A stretch of DNA of 64,000 bases, taken from an uncultured delta proteobacterium. Lineage in GTDB: Bacteria; Desulfobacterota; WTBG01; CAIYCZ01; CAIRTM01. Position 1 is the stretch's first letter. Each line of letters starts with the position of its first letter. Where the stretch lies: the NCBI GenBank assembly GCA_963804955.1, contig CAWDSQ010000014.1, forward strand, positions 1 through 64,000, given 5' to 3'. The position numbers were made by a program, and so were the translations under genes. Below are positions 12,648 to 23,709 of this stretch, piece by piece. The notes under the pieces were generated by a model that saw nothing but the letters and a program-made list of their open reading frames with translations, had not been told where the DNA came from and made no database searches.

Positions 12648-12849
12648 GATTCGCCGGACAGGCACGGAGCATACGCCATGCGCATGCTCCCCCCCTTCAT
12701 ACATCACCCCGTTGCAGGACCTGCCGGAAGCAGTAAACAGCTAAAAGCATGCGCACGGTATCTGCTTATCCCGAACACGCAGTGGTTGAGTTGCCTTCTT
12801 CAGGCACCATGCCATAGGCGATGGTTTTCCGAAGACAATAAAGGCCTGC

Positions 12850-13038
12850 TCAGGGCTGTGCCTGCTCTGCCTCAAACTTCGTAGCCTCATCAATCAGCAT
12901 GATGGGTATATCATCCCTGATGTGATACACCAGCTTACATGCCTCACAGATGAGTCCGTCGCCAGCCTGGTTCAGGAAGATAGCCCCCTTGCATTTGGGG
13001 CAGGCGATAATATCAAGAAGTTCTTTGCTGATGGCCAT
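12850..13038 (-). CDS. Trm112/YcaR family protein
   Basis: LLDIIACPKCKG...LICEAC.LVYHIRDDIPIMLIDEA; GAGG RBS. Confidence 0.93.
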   Translation of the reverse strand: MAISKELLDIIACPKCKGAIFLNQAGDGLICEACKLVYHIRDDIPIMLIDEATKFEAEQAQP

Positions 13039-13119
13039 AGACAGGTATCCTCTTTAAACGATCGATAAAATGCATACGCTCTATGCTATAGGCGGACGGC
13101 TGCATGCAGAGGCGCAGGT

Positions 13120-14175
13120 TCAAGGCGCCTGACACAGATACTGCGAGCAGACCTGCAGCACGTCTTCAACGGGTATATCGGCCATGCAGCGATGATGGCC
13201 CTGCGGACATGTTTTTTTTCTATAGCAGGGGCTGCAGGCAAGCTCTTTTCTGATAACACTGTGACACGAGCCGAAGGGGCCGGTCCGCCACGGCGCCGTG
13301 GGGCCGAACAGCGCCGCAACCGGCGTGCCGACGGCACAGGCAAGATGCATGGGGCCCGAGTCCATGGCGACCATGAGCGCTGAGCGGGCAAGCAGGCAGG
13401 CCAGCTCCCGCAGCGTTGTGCGGCCGGCAAGATTGAGGGCAGGTCCCGTCATGCTGGAGATGATGCTGCCGGCATGCATGTTGTCTGATGCTGCACCGAC
13501 AAAAACGATACGGGCATCATACTTCTTTCGCAGGCTGTCGCAGACCATTGCAATATTGCCGGCATCCCAGCATTTGGTCGGCCAGGCTGCAAAGGGATGT
13601 ACACTGATAAGCGGGCTGCTGGTCTGAATCTCATGGCCGGCAAGAAGCCGTTGTACGCTTTTTTCCTCCGGCTCTCCCCAAAGCGGAGAAAAAACAGCGG
13701 CATCATCATCAATGCCAAGCTGCCGCAGCAGGCCCATATGCCGCTTGATCGCATGATCATTAAAATCCGGCGCCGGTGCCCGCTCAGTATAAAAAAGGGT
13801 GGCAAACTCACGGGCGTTGGTAAAGCCTATTGTGCGTTTTCCGCGGGCCAGGCCCGCAAGAACAGCGCTTTTGAAAAGCCCCTGAAAATCAAGAACCAGA
13901 TCATACTCGGTGTTTCTCAACCGGCGAAAAAAAGCGCCGGCTTGCGCGGAAGCTGCAGCAACGGCTCCTGTCCGCACCAGCCGGAGCCATTCTGTTCGTT
14001 GTGAGACGAGCAACGAATCTATTCCCTCATAGCCGTAGAGCAGCTCCGCCGCAGCCTGCTCAACAACCCAGGTGATATGACAGCCGGGCAGATATTTTTT
14101 AAGGAGATGCACCGCCGGCAGAGTATGCACGACATCGCCGATGGCGCTGAGGCGTATGATTAAAACCCTCATCAT
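13120..14175 (-). CDS. LPS heptosyltransferase (GT9, WaaC/WaaF-like)
   Basis: IRLSAIGDVVH, DFQGLFKSA, DSGPMHLA, ALFGPT. Confidence 0.92.
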   Translation of the reverse strand: MMRVLIIRLSAIGDVVHTLPAVHLLKKYLPGCHITWVVEQAAAELLYGYEGIDSLLVSQRTEWLRLVRTGAVAAASAQAGAFFRRLRNTEYDLVLDFQGLFKSAVLAGLARGKRTIGFTNAREFATLFYTERAPAPDFNDHAIKRHMGLLRQLGIDDDAAVFSPLWGEPEEKSVQRLLAGHEIQTSSPLISVHPFAAWPTKCWDAGNIAMVCDSLRKKYDARIVFVGAASDNMHAGSIISSMTGPALNLAGRTTLRELACLLARSALMVAMDSGPMHLACAVGTPVAALFGPTAPWRTGPFGSCHSVIRKELACSPCYRKKTCPQGHHRCMADIPVEDVLQVCSQYLCQAP

Positions 14176-14282
14176 GCAGCGTCAGCAAATGGTTTTCAAA
14201 AGAAGTGAGGATAGGCCGGGGGCAGTACCGTGTCAATACAAAAGTTGCCGCAGGCCGCGAAACGCTCCCGCGGCGGCAGTAT

Positions 14283-14314
14283 AAAAAACGACCGCCGAAA
14301 ACCCCTGGCGGTCA
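14283..14314 (-). terminator. Rho-independent terminator after ugd
   Basis: GACCGCC/GGCGGTC stem followed by a T6 run on the minus strand. Confidence 0.65.
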
Positions 14315-14340
14315 TTCACAAAAATGTTATTGTTAAAGTC

Positions 14341-15732
14341 TTAATAATGCTTGTGGGCAGGCTTCCCGATAGAAAAAACATTAAACCCTATATCAAAAAG
14401 CTTCTTATGATCCAGAACATTCCTGCCGTCAAATATGCACGCCGGCTTTTCCATGCTGTCAAATATCCTCGTATAATCAAGGGCCTTGTACTGCTGCCAC
14501 TCGGTACAGATTGCAATGGCATGGGCGCCCTGAGCGGCCACGTACGGATCGCTGACCATTTCCACCTTGTCAAGACAGTCTGCAAGGTCGATTTTTGCAT
14601 TATCAAGGGCTTCCGGATCAGTAATAACAACCCGTGCGCGCTCTTCCAGAAGCTGCCGCACCACGTCGATTGCAGGGGATTCGCGCGTGTCGCCGGTGTC
14701 GGCCTTGAAGGCGAACCCGAACACGGCAATTCTTTTATCTGCCACCGTGTTGAACATGGCCGCTATCATATTGGCGACAAAGCGGCGCTTCTGGTAGTTG
14801 TTCATAAGAATGACGCTCTCCCAGTAGCGGGCGACTTCATGCAGGCCGTAATTTTCTGCTATGTAGACAAGATTCAGAATATCCTTTTGGAAGCAGGAGC
14901 CGCCGAAACCGACGCTCGACGAGAGGAACCGCGGGCCGATACGCGAGTCCATACCGATAGACCGGGCTACTTCGGCCACGTCGGCCTCGGTCTTTTCGCA
15001 CAGCGCGGAAATCGAGTTGATCGATGAAATGCGCTGCGCAAGAAAGGCGTTGGCAACGAGCTTGGACAGCTCCGCGCTCCAGACATTGCTCGTAATGATC
15101 TTGTCGCGGGCGACCCAGTTGGCGTATATTTCAACAATCACATCACGGGCCTTGATACCGGCGGGGGTGTCCTTCGCTCCGATAAGAACGCGGTCCGGGC
15201 TCTGCATATCAGCCACGGCCGTGCCTTCGGCAAGAAACTCGGGGTTCGAGAGAACCTCAAAATGCAGGCTTTTGTCATTGGCGTTTAAAATGCGCGACAT
15301 GGCGGCAGCCGTTCTGACCGGCAGCGTACTCTTTTCAACAATGATCTTGGGCTCGGTTGAAACCCGCATGATCATGCGCGCTGTCTTTTCCCAGTACTGC
15401 AGGTCGGCAGCCTTGCCCGCACCCGCGCCGAATGTTTTTGTGGGCGTATTGACCGAAACAAAAATTATCTCTGCGTCTTTAATGGCAGCCTCAACGTCGG
15501 TGGAAAAGAAAAGATTGCGGCCCCGCGCCTCTTTGACAACGTCAAGGAGCCCGGGCTCGTAAATAGGCAGATTGTCTGAATTCCAGGCCGCAATCCTGGC
15601 TGCATTGATATCAACAACGGTCACCTTATATTGCGGACAGCGTGCCGCTATCATGGCCATAGTCGGGCCGCCGACATAGCCGGCGCCGATACACAGAATG
15701 TTTCTGGCAAATGCTGCGGTAGATACCATCAC
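14341..15732 (-). CDS. ugd: UDP-glucose 6-dehydrogenase
   Basis: [34 protein letters not shown]. Confidence 0.96.
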   Translation of the reverse strand: MMVSTAAFARNILCIGAGYVGGPTMAMIAARCPQYKVTVVDINAARIAAWNSDNLPIYEPGLLDVVKEARGRNLFFSTDVEAAIKDAEIIFVSVNTPTKTFGAGAGKAADLQYWEKTARMIMRVSTEPKIIVEKSTLPVRTAAAMSRILNANDKSLHFEVLSNPEFLAEGTAVADMQSPDRVLIGAKDTPAGIKARDVIVEIYANWVARDKIITSNVWSAELSKLVANAFLAQRISSINSISALCEKTEADVAEVARSIGMDSRIGPRFLSSSVGFGGSCFQKDILNLVYIAENYGLHEVARYWESVILMNNYQKRRFVANMIAAMFNTVADKRIAVFGFAFKADTGDTRESPAIDVVRQLLEERARVVITDPEALDNAKIDLADCLDKVEMVSDPYVAAQGAHAIAICTEWQQYKALDYTRIFDSMEKPACIFDGRNVLDHKKLFDIGFNVFSIGKPAHKHY

Positions 15733-15824
15733 AGAGTCCCTTCTCGTGAGATTATCAAAAAAAAAGCATCGGCTGCAATACTCTCCATGGCAACCATATG
15801 ACTGCGGCAGGCTGGTGTGAAGTC

Positions 15825-17117
15825 TTATTTAAACACACGCTTAAAAATCGTCTCGACATGCCGCGTAAAAAATTCAGGGGTGCAGAGGCGCTTGATTTCC
15901 TCGGCAGGAACAACAGCCGTCACCTCGGCATCCTGGCAGATGGTAGCAACGAATGTTGACCGGGTTTCCCATGCTGCATGGGCATTTCGCTGAACCAGGC
16001 GGTAGCCGTCCTCCCGGGAAACGCCGCGCTGCGTCAGCTCAAGCAGTATCCGCTGCGAGTAGAAAATACCGCCTGTTTTGTTCATATTCTCCAGCATGTT
16101 CTCAGGATACACGAGCAGTTTTTTCAAAAGCCCGGTGAACCGCGCAAGCATAAAATCAAGCACAATAGTGCTGTCAGGTCCAATGACGCGCTCAACCGAC
16201 GAGTGGCTGATATCGCGCTCATGCCACAGCGCCACATTCTCCATGGCGGCAAGAGCATTGGCTCGCAAAAGGCGGGCAAGGCCTGATACATTTTCCGAAA
16301 GAATGGGGTTCTTTTTATGCGGCATGGCCGATGAGCCCTTTTGCCCCGGCGAAAAATACTCGGACACCTCGGAGACCTCGGTGCGCATGAGGTGGCGTAT
16401 TTCAGTTGAAAACTTTTCAAGCGAGCAGCCCACCTGCGCCATGGTGCAGAAAAACTCGGCGTAGATGTCCCTCTGCACGATCTGCGATGATACCGGCGCC
16501 GGCTTCAGGCCGAGCTCCGCGCAGACATACTCCTCCACAAAGGGAGGGATATAGGCAAACGTGCCCACGGCTCCGGAAATTTTGCCGACAGCGACATTCT
16601 CAGCTGCGGCCTGCATCCTGTTTTTCTGCCGCTGCATTTCATCAAACCACAGCGCCATCTTGAGGCCAAACGTGATTGGCTCGGCATGAATGCCGTGGCT
16701 GCGGCCGATCATGACGGTATCCTTGTACTGAAAGGCCTTGTCCTTAATGACCGCCAGAAGATCGTCGATATCCTGAAGAAGAATCTCGGCAGCCTGCTTC
16801 AGCTGCATGCTGAAGCTTGTGTCGAGAACGTCTGAAGAGGTCATACCCCAGTGAATATACCGGGCCTCTTCACCCACATACTCGGCTACGCAGGTAGTAA
16901 AGGCAATCACGTCGTGCTTGGTTGTTTTTTCTATTTCAAGAATGCGTTCGACATTGAAGTCGGCCTTATCCCGTATCGTTTTCAGCGCAGCCTCGGGCAC
17001 CTGCCCCAGTTTGCACAGCGCCTCGCATGCTGCAACCTCGATCTGCAGCCAGGTCCTGAACCGATTCTCATCGGACCATATGCGTTTCATTATCTCGCGG
17101 CTGTAGCGGTCTATCAT
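15825..17117 (-). CDS. purB: Adenylosuccinate lyase
   Basis: [36 protein letters not shown]. Confidence 0.97.
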   Translation of the reverse strand: MIDRYSREIMKRIWSDENRFRTWLQIEVAACEALCKLGQVPEAALKTIRDKADFNVERILEIEKTTKHDVIAFTTCVAEYVGEEARYIHWGMTSSDVLDTSFSMQLKQAAEILLQDIDDLLAVIKDKAFQYKDTVMIGRSHGIHAEPITFGLKMALWFDEMQRQKNRMQAAAENVAVGKISGAVGTFAYIPPFVEEYVCAELGLKPAPVSSQIVQRDIYAEFFCTMAQVGCSLEKFSTEIRHLMRTEVSEVSEYFSPGQKGSSAMPHKKNPILSENVSGLARLLRANALAAMENVALWHERDISHSSVERVIGPDSTIVLDFMLARFTGLLKKLLVYPENMLENMNKTGGIFYSQRILLELTQRGVSREDGYRLVQRNAHAAWETRSTFVATICQDAEVTAVVPAEEIKRLCTPEFFTRHVETIFKRVFK

Positions 17118-17283
17118 GATGCATCCTCCTGCTTGTCTAGAGTCCGGCTCATAGTTTTAAAAGAAAAGCCGTCCCCCGTCAATATAAATCAGCCCGATCC
17201 GCCGGGTGTCGACGTCGGTCTGTACATTTTTTGGTTTTTGCTATAGTATTTAAAATATATTATCATAGTATCAGGGCATATCT

Positions 17284-19002
17284 ATGGCAACAAATCGAAT
17301 CACCAAAGATGTCAATGCCTGCATCAGGCTTTTGTATACGGCCTCGGAGCAGGGCATTTTTTTTGTTGATGCCGCCGGGCATCTCCTTCAGGCAAACGCT
17401 GCTTTCTGCGATATGCTGGGGTATGCCGAGCACGACCTCACGGGCAAAACGTTTTTTGAAATCAACCAGGGCATGCTTCCGAATCTCGACGAATCTGTGC
17501 GTGATGGCATTGCCGATTTCGGCCTCTACTATTTCTACCTTGCCGAGCATGCCGCCCTGCCCGTAAAGCTCCTTTCAAGCGACGGAACACGCATTCTGGT
17601 AACCATGCGCTCCGTTATAACGCGCACCAGGGCCGGTGAGCCCGCTGTAGCCGCAGGCATCATCCGGCGCATGCAGGTACAGGTGCCGGATGAACAGCCC
17701 TGTGATCAGATTGACATGCAGGGCAACTGGGAGATCGAGCAAAACTACCGCAATATCCTGCAGTACTCGGGCGACGGCATTATGATCACCGATTTCAACA
17801 GCAGGATAGTCACGGTCAACGACTCGCTGGTGCGCATACTCGGCTATGAGAGCTGCGAAGATATCGTGGGAAGATATCTGCTGGAACTCGCTTCATTTGA
17901 AGGCGCCCATATGTGCACCACCGGTGAGCTGCTCTGCCTCGATAAAGACTATTATGATAAGCAAATCGAAGTCACCAATGAGCTTTTTGAAACCGGCCGT
18001 GCGCAAGGCATGTTTTATATGAATAAAAAAAACGGCATTGTCGTACCCATGGAGGCGACACTGTCGCTGCTCACAGACCCTGACGGCAACCGCCGCGGAA
18101 CCATTGCCATCTGTCGCGATATCACCATACGGGTCAAGGCTGAAAAACAGCTTCTCAATACAAAGCTTTTTCTTGAAAACATCTTCGCCACGACGCGCGA
18201 CGGCATCTATGTGTCCAACCCCCAGGGCCAGTGCATCATGATCAACCGGGCTTTCTCCGATATTACGGGATATACGCAGGATGAGCTTATCGGCTGCTCG
18301 CCGGCATCGCTGCTGGCTGATGACTCTGATGCTGAACTCTCTCAGCAGATAATGAAAGCCATGGACAACCAGGATGACCTGAGCCTCTTTGAAGCCCGCT
18401 GGAAGCGCAAAAACGGCGAGGTTTTTCCTGCCGAGGTCCGGCTTGCGGTGCTGAAAACCGAGTCGGGCGATTACAACGGCATTGTTGCATCCGTGCGCGA
18501 TATAACAGAGCGCAGGCGCGTGCTTGAAGAGCTGCGACGATCACATGAGCAGCTTGAAGAAAAGGTGCGCGAGCGCACCGAAAACCTCGAAGAGATGAAT
18601 ACGGCCCTGCGTGTTTTACTGCAGGGCCGCGAAGAGGACAAACAGACCCACGAGGACAAAATACTGGGCAATGTCAGCGAACTGGTGCTGCCCTATCTGG
18701 ATCGGCTGAAAACAACGCGTCTTGACGAACGGCAGCGTTCGTCCATCGCTATTATTGAGGCTAATCTGAAGGATATCGTTGCGCCGTTTGCCGGCAGGAC
18801 GGCTTCACGCAACCTGTCGCTGACGCCCGCGGAGATTCAAATAGCCAACCTGATCAAGCATGGCATGACGGCCAAGGAAATCGCCGGTATCACCAGCCTC
18901 TCACCCCGCACCATCGAATGCCACCGGGCAAGTATCCGCAAAAAGCTCGGCCTCATAAACCGCAAGGTAAACCTGCGCGCCTACCTGCTGTCGTCAGGCT
19001 GA
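17284..19002 (+). CDS. Multi-PAS plus LuxR-HTH one-component regulator
   Basis: Three PAS segments (two ending RDIT), a coiled coil, and LTPAEIQIANLIKHGMTAKEIA...TIECHRASIRKKLG. Confidence 0.92.
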   Translation: MATNRITKDVNACIRLLYTASEQGIFFVDAAGHLLQANAAFCDMLGYAEHDLTGKTFFEINQGMLPNLDESVRDGIADFGLYYFYLAEHAALPVKLLSSDGTRILVTMRSVITRTRAGEPAVAAGIIRRMQVQVPDEQPCDQIDMQGNWEIEQNYRNILQYSGDGIMITDFNSRIVTVNDSLVRILGYESCEDIVGRYLLELASFEGAHMCTTGELLCLDKDYYDKQIEVTNELFETGRAQGMFYMNKKNGIVVPMEATLSLLTDPDGNRRGTIAICRDITIRVKAEKQLLNTKLFLENIFATTRDGIYVSNPQGQCIMINRAFSDITGYTQDELIGCSPASLLADDSDAELSQQIMKAMDNQDDLSLFEARWKRKNGEVFPAEVRLAVLKTESGDYNGIVASVRDITERRRVLEELRRSHEQLEEKVRERTENLEEMNTALRVLLQGREEDKQTHEDKILGNVSELVLPYLDRLKTTRLDERQRSSIAIIEANLKDIVAPFAGRTASRNLSLTPAEIQIANLIKHGMTAKEIAGITSLSPRTIECHRASIRKKLGLINRKVNLRAYLLSSG

Positions 19003-19046
19003 ACCAGGCACACATAGCAGTGCAAACGCTGCGCATAAAAGACGCA

Positions 19047-19085
19047 AAATCATGCTGTGCAGCCTGATGCCGCACAGCATGATTT
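19047..19085. terminator. 14-bp stem hairpin between convergent genes
   Basis: AAATCATGCTGTGC...GCACAGCATGATTT. Confidence 0.6.
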
Positions 19086-19099
19086 ATTCAGAAACAGCC

Positions 19100-20218
19100 T
19101 CACCCTTTATGTTCAAGCACAATGCGAAGGATGCGGCGGATCGGCTCGGCCGCCCCCCACAGAAGCTGATCGCCGACGGTGAAGCAGGTCAGATAGTCGG
19201 GACCGATGTTCATTTTATGGATTCTGCCCACAGGAACAGTAAGCGTACCTGAGACCGCAGCAGGCGTCAGCTCCTTAAGCGTTTCCTCTTTGGTGTTCGG
19301 AACGACCCTGACCCACTGGTTGTCCGCGGCAATGATAGCAACCAGCTCGTCAAGGGGCACATCTTTAGAAAGCTTAATTGTGAGCGCCTGGCTGTGGCAG
19401 CGCATGGCGCCAACGCGCACACAAAGACCGTCGATGGGAATCGGATGTGACTCCCTGCCCAGAATCTTGTTGGTCTCAACAAGGCCCTTCCACTCCTCGC
19501 GTGTCTGGCCCTGCTCGACAGCGCGGTCGATCCAGGGGATAAGGCTTGCCGCCAGCGGCGCGCCGAAGTTTTCGGTGGGCAGGCTGCCGTCGCGAAGAGT
19601 TGCCGTCACCTTCCGGTCAAGGTCGAGAATTGCCGATGCCGGCTGTGCCAGCTCGGCCTGCGAGGCCTGGCCGAGGCCTGCCATCTGCGCCACCAGCTCG
19701 CGCATGTTTTTCGCGCCGGCGCCGGATGACGCCTGATAGGTCATGGAGGTCATCCATTCGATAAGGCCCTTATGGAAAAGCCCGCCCAGAGCCATGAGCA
19801 TCAGCGACACGGTGCAGTTGCCGCCGATATAGTCTTTGATCCCGCCGGCAAGCCCCCGATCGATGACGTCACGGTTGATCGGGTCAAGCACGATGATGCT
19901 CTCCTTCTCCATGCGCAGGGTCGAGGCCGCATCGATCCAGTATCCCTTCCAGCCCGCGGCGCGCAGCTGCTTGTAGACGCTGCCCGTATAATCGCCGCCC
20001 TGACAGGTAACAATGATATCCAGGGCTGAAAGTTTTTTTATGTCATGGGCATCCTGAAGCGGCGGAATGGCAACGCCGATATCCGGGCCCTTCTGCCCGA
20101 CCTGGGAGGTGGTAAAAAAAAGCGGTTCAAAGCCCTTGAAATCCTTTTCAGCCAGCATGCGCTCCATAAGCACCGAACCGACCATGCCTCGCCAGCCCAC
20201 AAATCCGACACGTATCAT
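19100..20218 (-). CDS. asd: Aspartate-semialdehyde dehydrogenase
   Basis: [34 protein letters not shown]. Confidence 0.97.
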   Translation of the reverse strand: MIRVGFVGWRGMVGSVLMERMLAEKDFKGFEPLFFTTSQVGQKGPDIGVAIPPLQDAHDIKKLSALDIIVTCQGGDYTGSVYKQLRAAGWKGYWIDAASTLRMEKESIIVLDPINRDVIDRGLAGGIKDYIGGNCTVSLMLMALGGLFHKGLIEWMTSMTYQASSGAGAKNMRELVAQMAGLGQASQAELAQPASAILDLDRKVTATLRDGSLPTENFGAPLAASLIPWIDRAVEQGQTREEWKGLVETNKILGRESHPIPIDGLCVRVGAMRCHSQALTIKLSKDVPLDELVAIIAADNQWVRVVPNTKEETLKELTPAAVSGTLTVPVGRIHKMNIGPDYLTCFTVGDQLLWGAAEPIRRILRIVLEHKG

Positions 20219-20605
20219 GATGTTCTCTCCTTACACTTCTAATTAATAACCAAGGGTATTAAAACCCATCTTCATAAAAAACCATACCCATCAAGGGCGC
20301 GGGCTGCGCCTTGTTAACAGGGGGGACATTATATATTTTCGGCTGAAGAAATCAAGTTTCTAATAAAACCCTGCCCCGGCGCGAATGGCCGGGGCTGAAT
20401 GGCAGCGGTAGCGACTGCATTGATTGTCCGGTACAGTCGCTACCGGCAAAAACAGAGAAGAAAACCATTGACTGCCCTGCGCAACAAGGGCATAGAGTAC
20501 ATGTGGTTACAGTTGTTACCAGATGGCGAGCTGGAGTTTTTTAAGCCAATTTTAGCGATATTATCTAAAAACAGCACCGAAAGGTACTCCTAAAGGGAAC
20601 ATGCC

Positions 20606-22474
20606 ATGAATGCTTCTGAGACTTCCAAACTAACAAAGGATCGCCTCCTGCAAGAAAATTATTATCTGAGAAGTATCTTCATGACCATGGAGGAAGGGCT
20701 GATTATTACCGATAGGAATGGCTTTATACAAAAGGCAAACACCGCCATGGAAAAATTATGGGGCTACACTGAGGAAGAACTCATAGGCAAGCACGCTACG
20801 TTTCTCTCTGGGGGGGATTGTACTCTAGGAGAAAAACCTGCAAGCATAAAAAAACTTTATGCCGAAGGTTCAATGAAAAATATGGAGGGCATCTATAAAA
20901 AAAAGGATGGTTCTGTTTTTTATGCCTCGGCAAATTTGCAAATTTTGAAAGAAGCCGATGGCACAGTCATAGGGGCTATCGGGGTCTTGCGCGACATTAC
21001 GGAAAGCAGGCAACTATACGAAGCCTTACGAAATGCAGAAAGACATTATCGCATCATAGCCGATTTCACCCACAACTGGGAGATATGGGTGGATCCTCAG
21101 GGAAACCTTAAATACGTGTCCCCATCCTGCAAGAGCATCACCGGCTACTCACCCCAGGAATTCTTCCTTCGTCCTGATTTTCTCAAAGAGCTGATCCTGC
21201 CGGAAGATATCGAGCCATTGAGAAAAGCCCACAAAAAAGCCTCTAAAGCAAGGAAAGAGCTTGAAATACAATTCCGCATCCGGCGGCGCGACGGACAGAT
21301 ACGCTGGATAGAGCTCACCAGTCAACCCGTCGTGATTGAAGGACGCTACCTGGGCCAGCGGGGAAGCGGCCGCGACATCACCAAACGCAAGCAGGCTGAA
21401 GATTCGCTGCGCCAGAGCGAGGAACGTTACCGCATTCTAACTGATACAGCGGCGGATGCCATCATTACAGCCAACGGCCAGGGATGCATCGTGTCATGGA
21501 ACCATGGCGCGGAAAAATTGTACGGTTTTAAAGCGAAAGAAATTATCGGCCGGGACTGTGTTCTGATAATGCCGGAAAATAAACGTGAGCAACATACTAA
21601 AATTTTTACCATGTTGATTAAAGCAGGAAAGCCAATGGCCAGTGACGTGCCTGTCGAAGGGCTTGGCCGCAGGAAGGACGGATCGGTATTTCCCGTTGAA
21701 CAGACCTTCAATTTGCACTGGTCCAACAATGAGCCGTTTTTTACTATAATCGTGCGTGACATATCCAGGCGCAAGGAAATTGAAAAGAAGCTCTATGAAA
21801 GCGAAGAGCTGTTCAGGCTGAATTTTGAAAACTCTCCAATCTGCATCGCCATTTTTGATCAAGACGGGGTATTGATAAAAGCCAGTACCTTCTGCGAACA
21901 GTGTTTCGGCCGCAGCAAAGATGACCTCGCGCGGCATGGCCTTGACACGTTTCTGCATCCGGAAGACGGCGGGAAAGGCCTTCAAGTCTTTACGACTGAC
22001 CACGAAAGGTTACGACAGAATACTATCGTTGAGAATCGCTATATTGCCGGCGATGGCCGAACGATTTACACGAAGCAGAACATTCAAGGGGTTTTTGACA
22101 AGGATGGGAACCTTGTTTTTATTACCGTGCTCACCGAGGATGTTACGGCAGCTAAGCAGTTAAGCCTTATGAACAGTGCAATTATAAATAAACTCAAAGA
22201 CGTTCATAGCCAACTCAAAGAATTTAACGACTTGCTGCCAGGCAATAAGCAATTTTTATCAACTAAATCTCTAAGCGATTACAGCCTCAGCCCCATGGAA
22301 CACCGGATAGCATCCATGATACACCACGGAAACACGAATAAAAAAATCGCGCAGCAGCTCTGCATCGCAGAGAATACTGTCAAGCATCATATAACAAATA
22401 TCTACAGTAAGCTGCGCGTAAAAAACCGGCTTGAGTTAAGCAATATGCTGCGAAAAAACCGCATTCTACCGTAA
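20606..22474 (+). CDS. Four-PAS plus LuxR-HTH one-component regulator
   Basis: PAS/PAC units ending RDIT, RDIT, RDIS and EDVT; C-terminal NKKIAQQLCIAENTVKHHITNIYSKL. Confidence 0.92.
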   Translation: MNASETSKLTKDRLLQENYYLRSIFMTMEEGLIITDRNGFIQKANTAMEKLWGYTEEELIGKHATFLSGGDCTLGEKPASIKKLYAEGSMKNMEGIYKKKDGSVFYASANLQILKEADGTVIGAIGVLRDITESRQLYEALRNAERHYRIIADFTHNWEIWVDPQGNLKYVSPSCKSITGYSPQEFFLRPDFLKELILPEDIEPLRKAHKKASKARKELEIQFRIRRRDGQIRWIELTSQPVVIEGRYLGQRGSGRDITKRKQAEDSLRQSEERYRILTDTAADAIITANGQGCIVSWNHGAEKLYGFKAKEIIGRDCVLIMPENKREQHTKIFTMLIKAGKPMASDVPVEGLGRRKDGSVFPVEQTFNLHWSNNEPFFTIIVRDISRRKEIEKKLYESEELFRLNFENSPICIAIFDQDGVLIKASTFCEQCFGRSKDDLARHGLDTFLHPEDGGKGLQVFTTDHERLRQNTIVENRYIAGDGRTIYTKQNIQGVFDKDGNLVFITVLTEDVTAAKQLSLMNSAIINKLKDVHSQLKEFNDLLPGNKQFLSTKSLSDYSLSPMEHRIASMIHHGNTNKKIAQQLCIAENTVKHHITNIYSKLRVKNRLELSNMLRKNRILP

Positions 22475-23069
22475 AGATTCACCGTGCTGCCTGCAGCCTC
22501 CTGCCAATGGCACATTAGTGCCTAAAAAATAGCCTCTAGGGCTATTGCTATATTCAAAAATAAAATTTACTATTTGTCCAACTACAGCCATTCGGAAGAA
22601 TATATGGCTAAATAAAATACTCTGTTTTTTACTTCCTTCATTGCATGTAAGTAAAAAAGATAGCCATTCTGGGCTTTTAGGCACTTCGATGAACAGGCTT
22701 TTTTGTATTATTATCGACGCAGGGGTAGTTATCATATTTCTGATAACTGAATTGATGCCCGCCAAAATGCGTGATTCCATACTGGACGTGCTGTTTCACC
22801 CTGTAAGGTTCGCGCCGTTGTCTCATATCAAGGAAGCGACTGGCGCCCCGCATACAACTGAAAAAATCAACTCTAACTAATAGGTACTTCTTGAATAAAA
22901 AAGCCTCTTCTCATCGCCCGGCATTCGATTGTCGTGCATGACAGGGGTATAAAAATTTTTCGCCTAAACTCAGGGCGCTTTTCAAAAACAAGAGCAGTAT
23001 CATCCGGGAACACCCTATATGTACAGATCTCATACGAGTGCCGAAATACGGTCAGAAAGAAATTTTTCG

Positions 23070-23183
23070 ATGAGTGTCAAGAAAGGCAAACAAGTCCTTA
23101 AACACAAGACCCCTGTATTTCATCTAATCCTTGCATGGTCTATCGTTATAGCGCTCATGATTGCACTGGAGCTGTTATGGTAG
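23070..23183 (+). CDS. Putative 37-aa single-pass membrane microprotein
   Basis: MSVKKGKQVLKHKTPVFHLILAWSIVIALMIALELLW*: basic N-terminus plus a hydrophobic helix. Confidence 0.4.
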   Translation: MSVKKGKQVLKHKTPVFHLILAWSIVIALMIALELLW

Positions 23184-23342
23184 CCTGCAAAGCCCGGCAA
23201 GAAAAATCGGCCAGGCGCATTGTGCAAACAGAATCCGGCATGTGCTGAGGCGGTCGCGTCAGATGGAATGTTCGGGTTTCATCCCGAAGAAAACAAAATG
23301 CCCCGTGAGACAAACAGTATGCGGCCCAATGTTGATGTTTAA

Positions 23343-23516
23343 ATCTGCTGCTCATGCAAAAAAATCAGGGGGGAGCAGGGAGCCTGGCTGAAAATTGAAG
23401 CATATCTGAACAAGCATTCGCAAGCCGAGTTTTCGCACGGAATTTGCCCGGAATGCTCAAAAACGCTGTATCCGGAAATTCATTCACAAATCAATCCGGA
23501 AAAAAAGAGGGCGTAG
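23343..23516 (+). pseudogene. Orphan CxxC...SHGICPxC zinc-finger-like domain, normally C-terminal in signalling proteins
   Basis: ICCSCKKIRGEQGAWLKIEAYLNKHSQAEFSHGICPECSKTLYPE, preceded by an in-frame TAA at 23340. Confidence 0.7.
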
Positions 23517-23573
23517 CTTCAATTGTCACATACAAGCGATTGGCAGCCACGAACTGAAGTCGCTTATATGTTT

Positions 23574-23636
23574 GCAGGGTGAGCAGTGCGCACCGAATGA
23601 GCCTCCAGCCGCGGTGGTGCGAGGTTCGCACCCTAC
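23574..23636. repeat. Inverted pair of GTAG-type REP-like elements
   Basis: GCAGGGTGAGCAGTGCGCACC ... GGTGCGAGGTTCGCACCCTAC. Confidence 0.6.
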
Positions 23637-23709
23637 CAGCTTTTTTATATTCAAAAAATCAACGTATATATTGTTTATGAGCCTTCTAACGTGCCGGCCT
23701 GCTCTCTTG

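Noticed and set aside
19100..20218. E. coli-type asd as evidence of recent horizontal transfer
   Set aside because: This type also occurs in deltaproteobacteria, and composition looks like the neighbouring genes.
20219..20450. Lysine riboswitch upstream of asd
   Set aside because: I could not find the conserved lysine riboswitch motifs; only generic hairpins are visible.
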